Source: Ranitomeya imitator | Lineage: Eukaryota | Reading direction: 5' to 3' | Assembly: GCF_032444005.1 (NCBI RefSeq) | Contig: NC_091285.1 | Location: 617,024,001-617,088,000, forward strand | Length of the DNA: 64,000 nt | Shown here: piece by piece, positions 62,490-64,000 of the stretch | Position numbering within the stretch: the stretch's first letter is position 1 | Layout: each line of letters begins with the position of its first letter | Translations under genes and position numbers: made by a program | Notes under the pieces: generated by a model | Database searches by the model: none | What the model was told of the DNA's origin: nothing | Seen by the model: the letters and a program-made list of their open reading frames with translations, nothing else

Positions 62490-63000
62490 GTAACCTTGAT
62501 GATGTCACTGCTAGTCACTGATGGTGCGCTGGCAGCAGATCATTCGTCTATGGTTCTCGGCAGCATTCAGCTTGAAAACTGTTTATCACCAGACATGGAT
62601 TACGGTGTGGGACAGAATGGCGGACAGTTTTTATTTTTGTTTTATTACAGGAGACCTTGGCTTCAGTGGAATGGGTGATGATGTGAGTATGGTATAATTT
62701 AGATTCATTAAAGGAGTCTGTGTCATTCTTCCTATTAAAGGACTTTATTCTGGCTGTGTGTTTATTTAGAATACAACTATAGGATTAGTAATGGAGACGG
62801 ATCGTATAGACACCTCTCCATTACTAATCCGTGGGCTTGATGTCACCAGACAATACAAAGGTACAATACTCTTCCTGGGCTCACTTTTGGTAGCTACTAT
62901 CCACAACATGCCAAGAGCACGTTACAAAACGGCCTTCTTGGCAATGTTCTGTCCCAGTCATTTGGATATCACAATTTGGCCTTTATCACAGTGACTCAGA

Positions 63001-63180
63001 GGCCACCTTCACATGTTCAGTATTTTTCATCCCCATTTGTAAACCAAAACCAGGAGTGGAGCAATCAGAAAAAAAAGTATAATAGAAACACGTCGCCACT
63101 TCTGCATTTTTCTCGCACTCCTGATTTTGGCTTACAAATACTGAGGCAAAATACCAAATACTCAACGTGTGAATGTGACC
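63001..63180. mobile_element. Harbinger-type MITE related to 52251-52467
   Basis: AGA|GGCCACCTTCACATGTT ... AACGTGTGAATGTGACC|AGA. The core CCAAAACCAGGAGTGG...AAAAGTATAATAGAAAC is the reverse complement of the 52251 core. Confidence 0.75.
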
Positions 63181-63289
63181 AGATTCTTAATCTTTCCTAT
63201 TTTTCCTGCTTTTCAACTTCAGGAACTGCCTGTTCACTTGCTGCCCAATGTATCCCACGCCTCGTTCGGTGCCGTTGAGGTGTAAAAAT

Positions 63290-63900
63290 TAAAGATATTC
63301 TGAAATAATCATGAGTACTTTCTATAGCAAATGCTGACTGCTCCTGAGTCCTGACAAGGCCGGCCATCTTTATCATCTACTTCCGCACTTAGTGGATTGA
63401 GACTTAGCATATGTGTCTGTCGTTTGGCGCTCGGGGTGCAGCGCTATTTCCGATTTGTAATTTTAGACCTTCTTGCTGCTATTCAGACACTGCAGGCTCC
63501 AAAATGAATTACATTTGTAACTTGGCAGTTCTCATCCCAACCGCAGCATAGAGCTAAAGCCGTCCCAGCATGCCTCCGTGCCAAAGAAGTGACGGCCGGC
63601 TACAGCTTCCAGGCCGTAATATATGCGAGTGAGATTTCTTTAATGGCTTACTGGAATTTGTGTAAGATATCAGCCGCATAGCTGAAGACGGTCCAGGTCA
63701 TGTAGGTCAGTATGACACAGAATGCAATGGGAACAGCCAACTGAATTATAGCCACCCTGCTCGGATTTTAATGAGATTACGGCTGGCTCACCCAGCCACT
63801 TTATAACGAAGAAAATCTTCAAATTTAGGGGAATTTAATGAATAACCGGAGAGTTCCCGCTTGCCAATTGCTGCTTTCAGAAAAGAAGAGGATTATGGGA
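63290..63900. promoter_or_regulatory. Candidate conserved non-coding element / enhancer
   Basis: Unique, CpG-retaining sequence with clustered TTAATG/TAAT and TGACA motifs. Inference only. Confidence 0.25.
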
Positions 63901-64000
63901 GATTTGGACAGAATTCAGGATGCACCTTATGGATATGAAGGCCTTTGTATCCTCAGGCATTGGGCATTGGTGCCATGTTAAGAGCTTGCAACACTATCTG

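Larger units (their letters stand above)
60303..62861. mobile_element. Large fold-back (palindromic) non-autonomous element hosting two insertions; outer termini not resolved
   Basis: 60303-60410 joined to 61592-61880 is the reverse complement of ~62490-62861 (e.g. TACTAATCCTATAG..TAAATAAACACAC vs GTGTGTTTATTTAG..CTATAGGATTAGTA). Confidence 0.75.

Overview
Vertebrate non-coding DNA, most likely from a frog. This is inferred from TTAAAGGG-ended T2/Kolobok MITEs, Frog Prince-like Tc1 remnants and a CR1 tail. No host protein-coding gene is recognisable; one weak 54-bp exon candidate exists. The only convincing CDS is a Tc1 DD34E transposase. Most of the window is nested transposons and minisatellites. 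(1) A 20.4-kb non-coding hAT-type element (8128-28500, 8-bp TSD) is almost entirely a 52-bp and a 32-bp minisatellite, and it splits a T2-MITE in two. (2) An 11.6-kb hAT-type element (35114-46726) carries a 33-bp minisatellite containing a second hAT-type element, a Tc1 copy and probable Tc1 excision footprints (TACAGTA). A Frog Prince-like copy sits at the array edge and an oppositely oriented second Tc1 copy lies further right. (3) A related truncated element carries a young 45-bp array. (4) There are several PIF/Harbinger and piggyBac-type MITEs. (5) A fold-back element contains a Penelope-like insertion with an inverted terminal repeat and a minimal hammerhead ribozyme motif. Unique-sequence islands between the repeats may be conserved enhancers (inference only). 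Almost all ORFs in the supplied track are artefacts of repeat periodicity.
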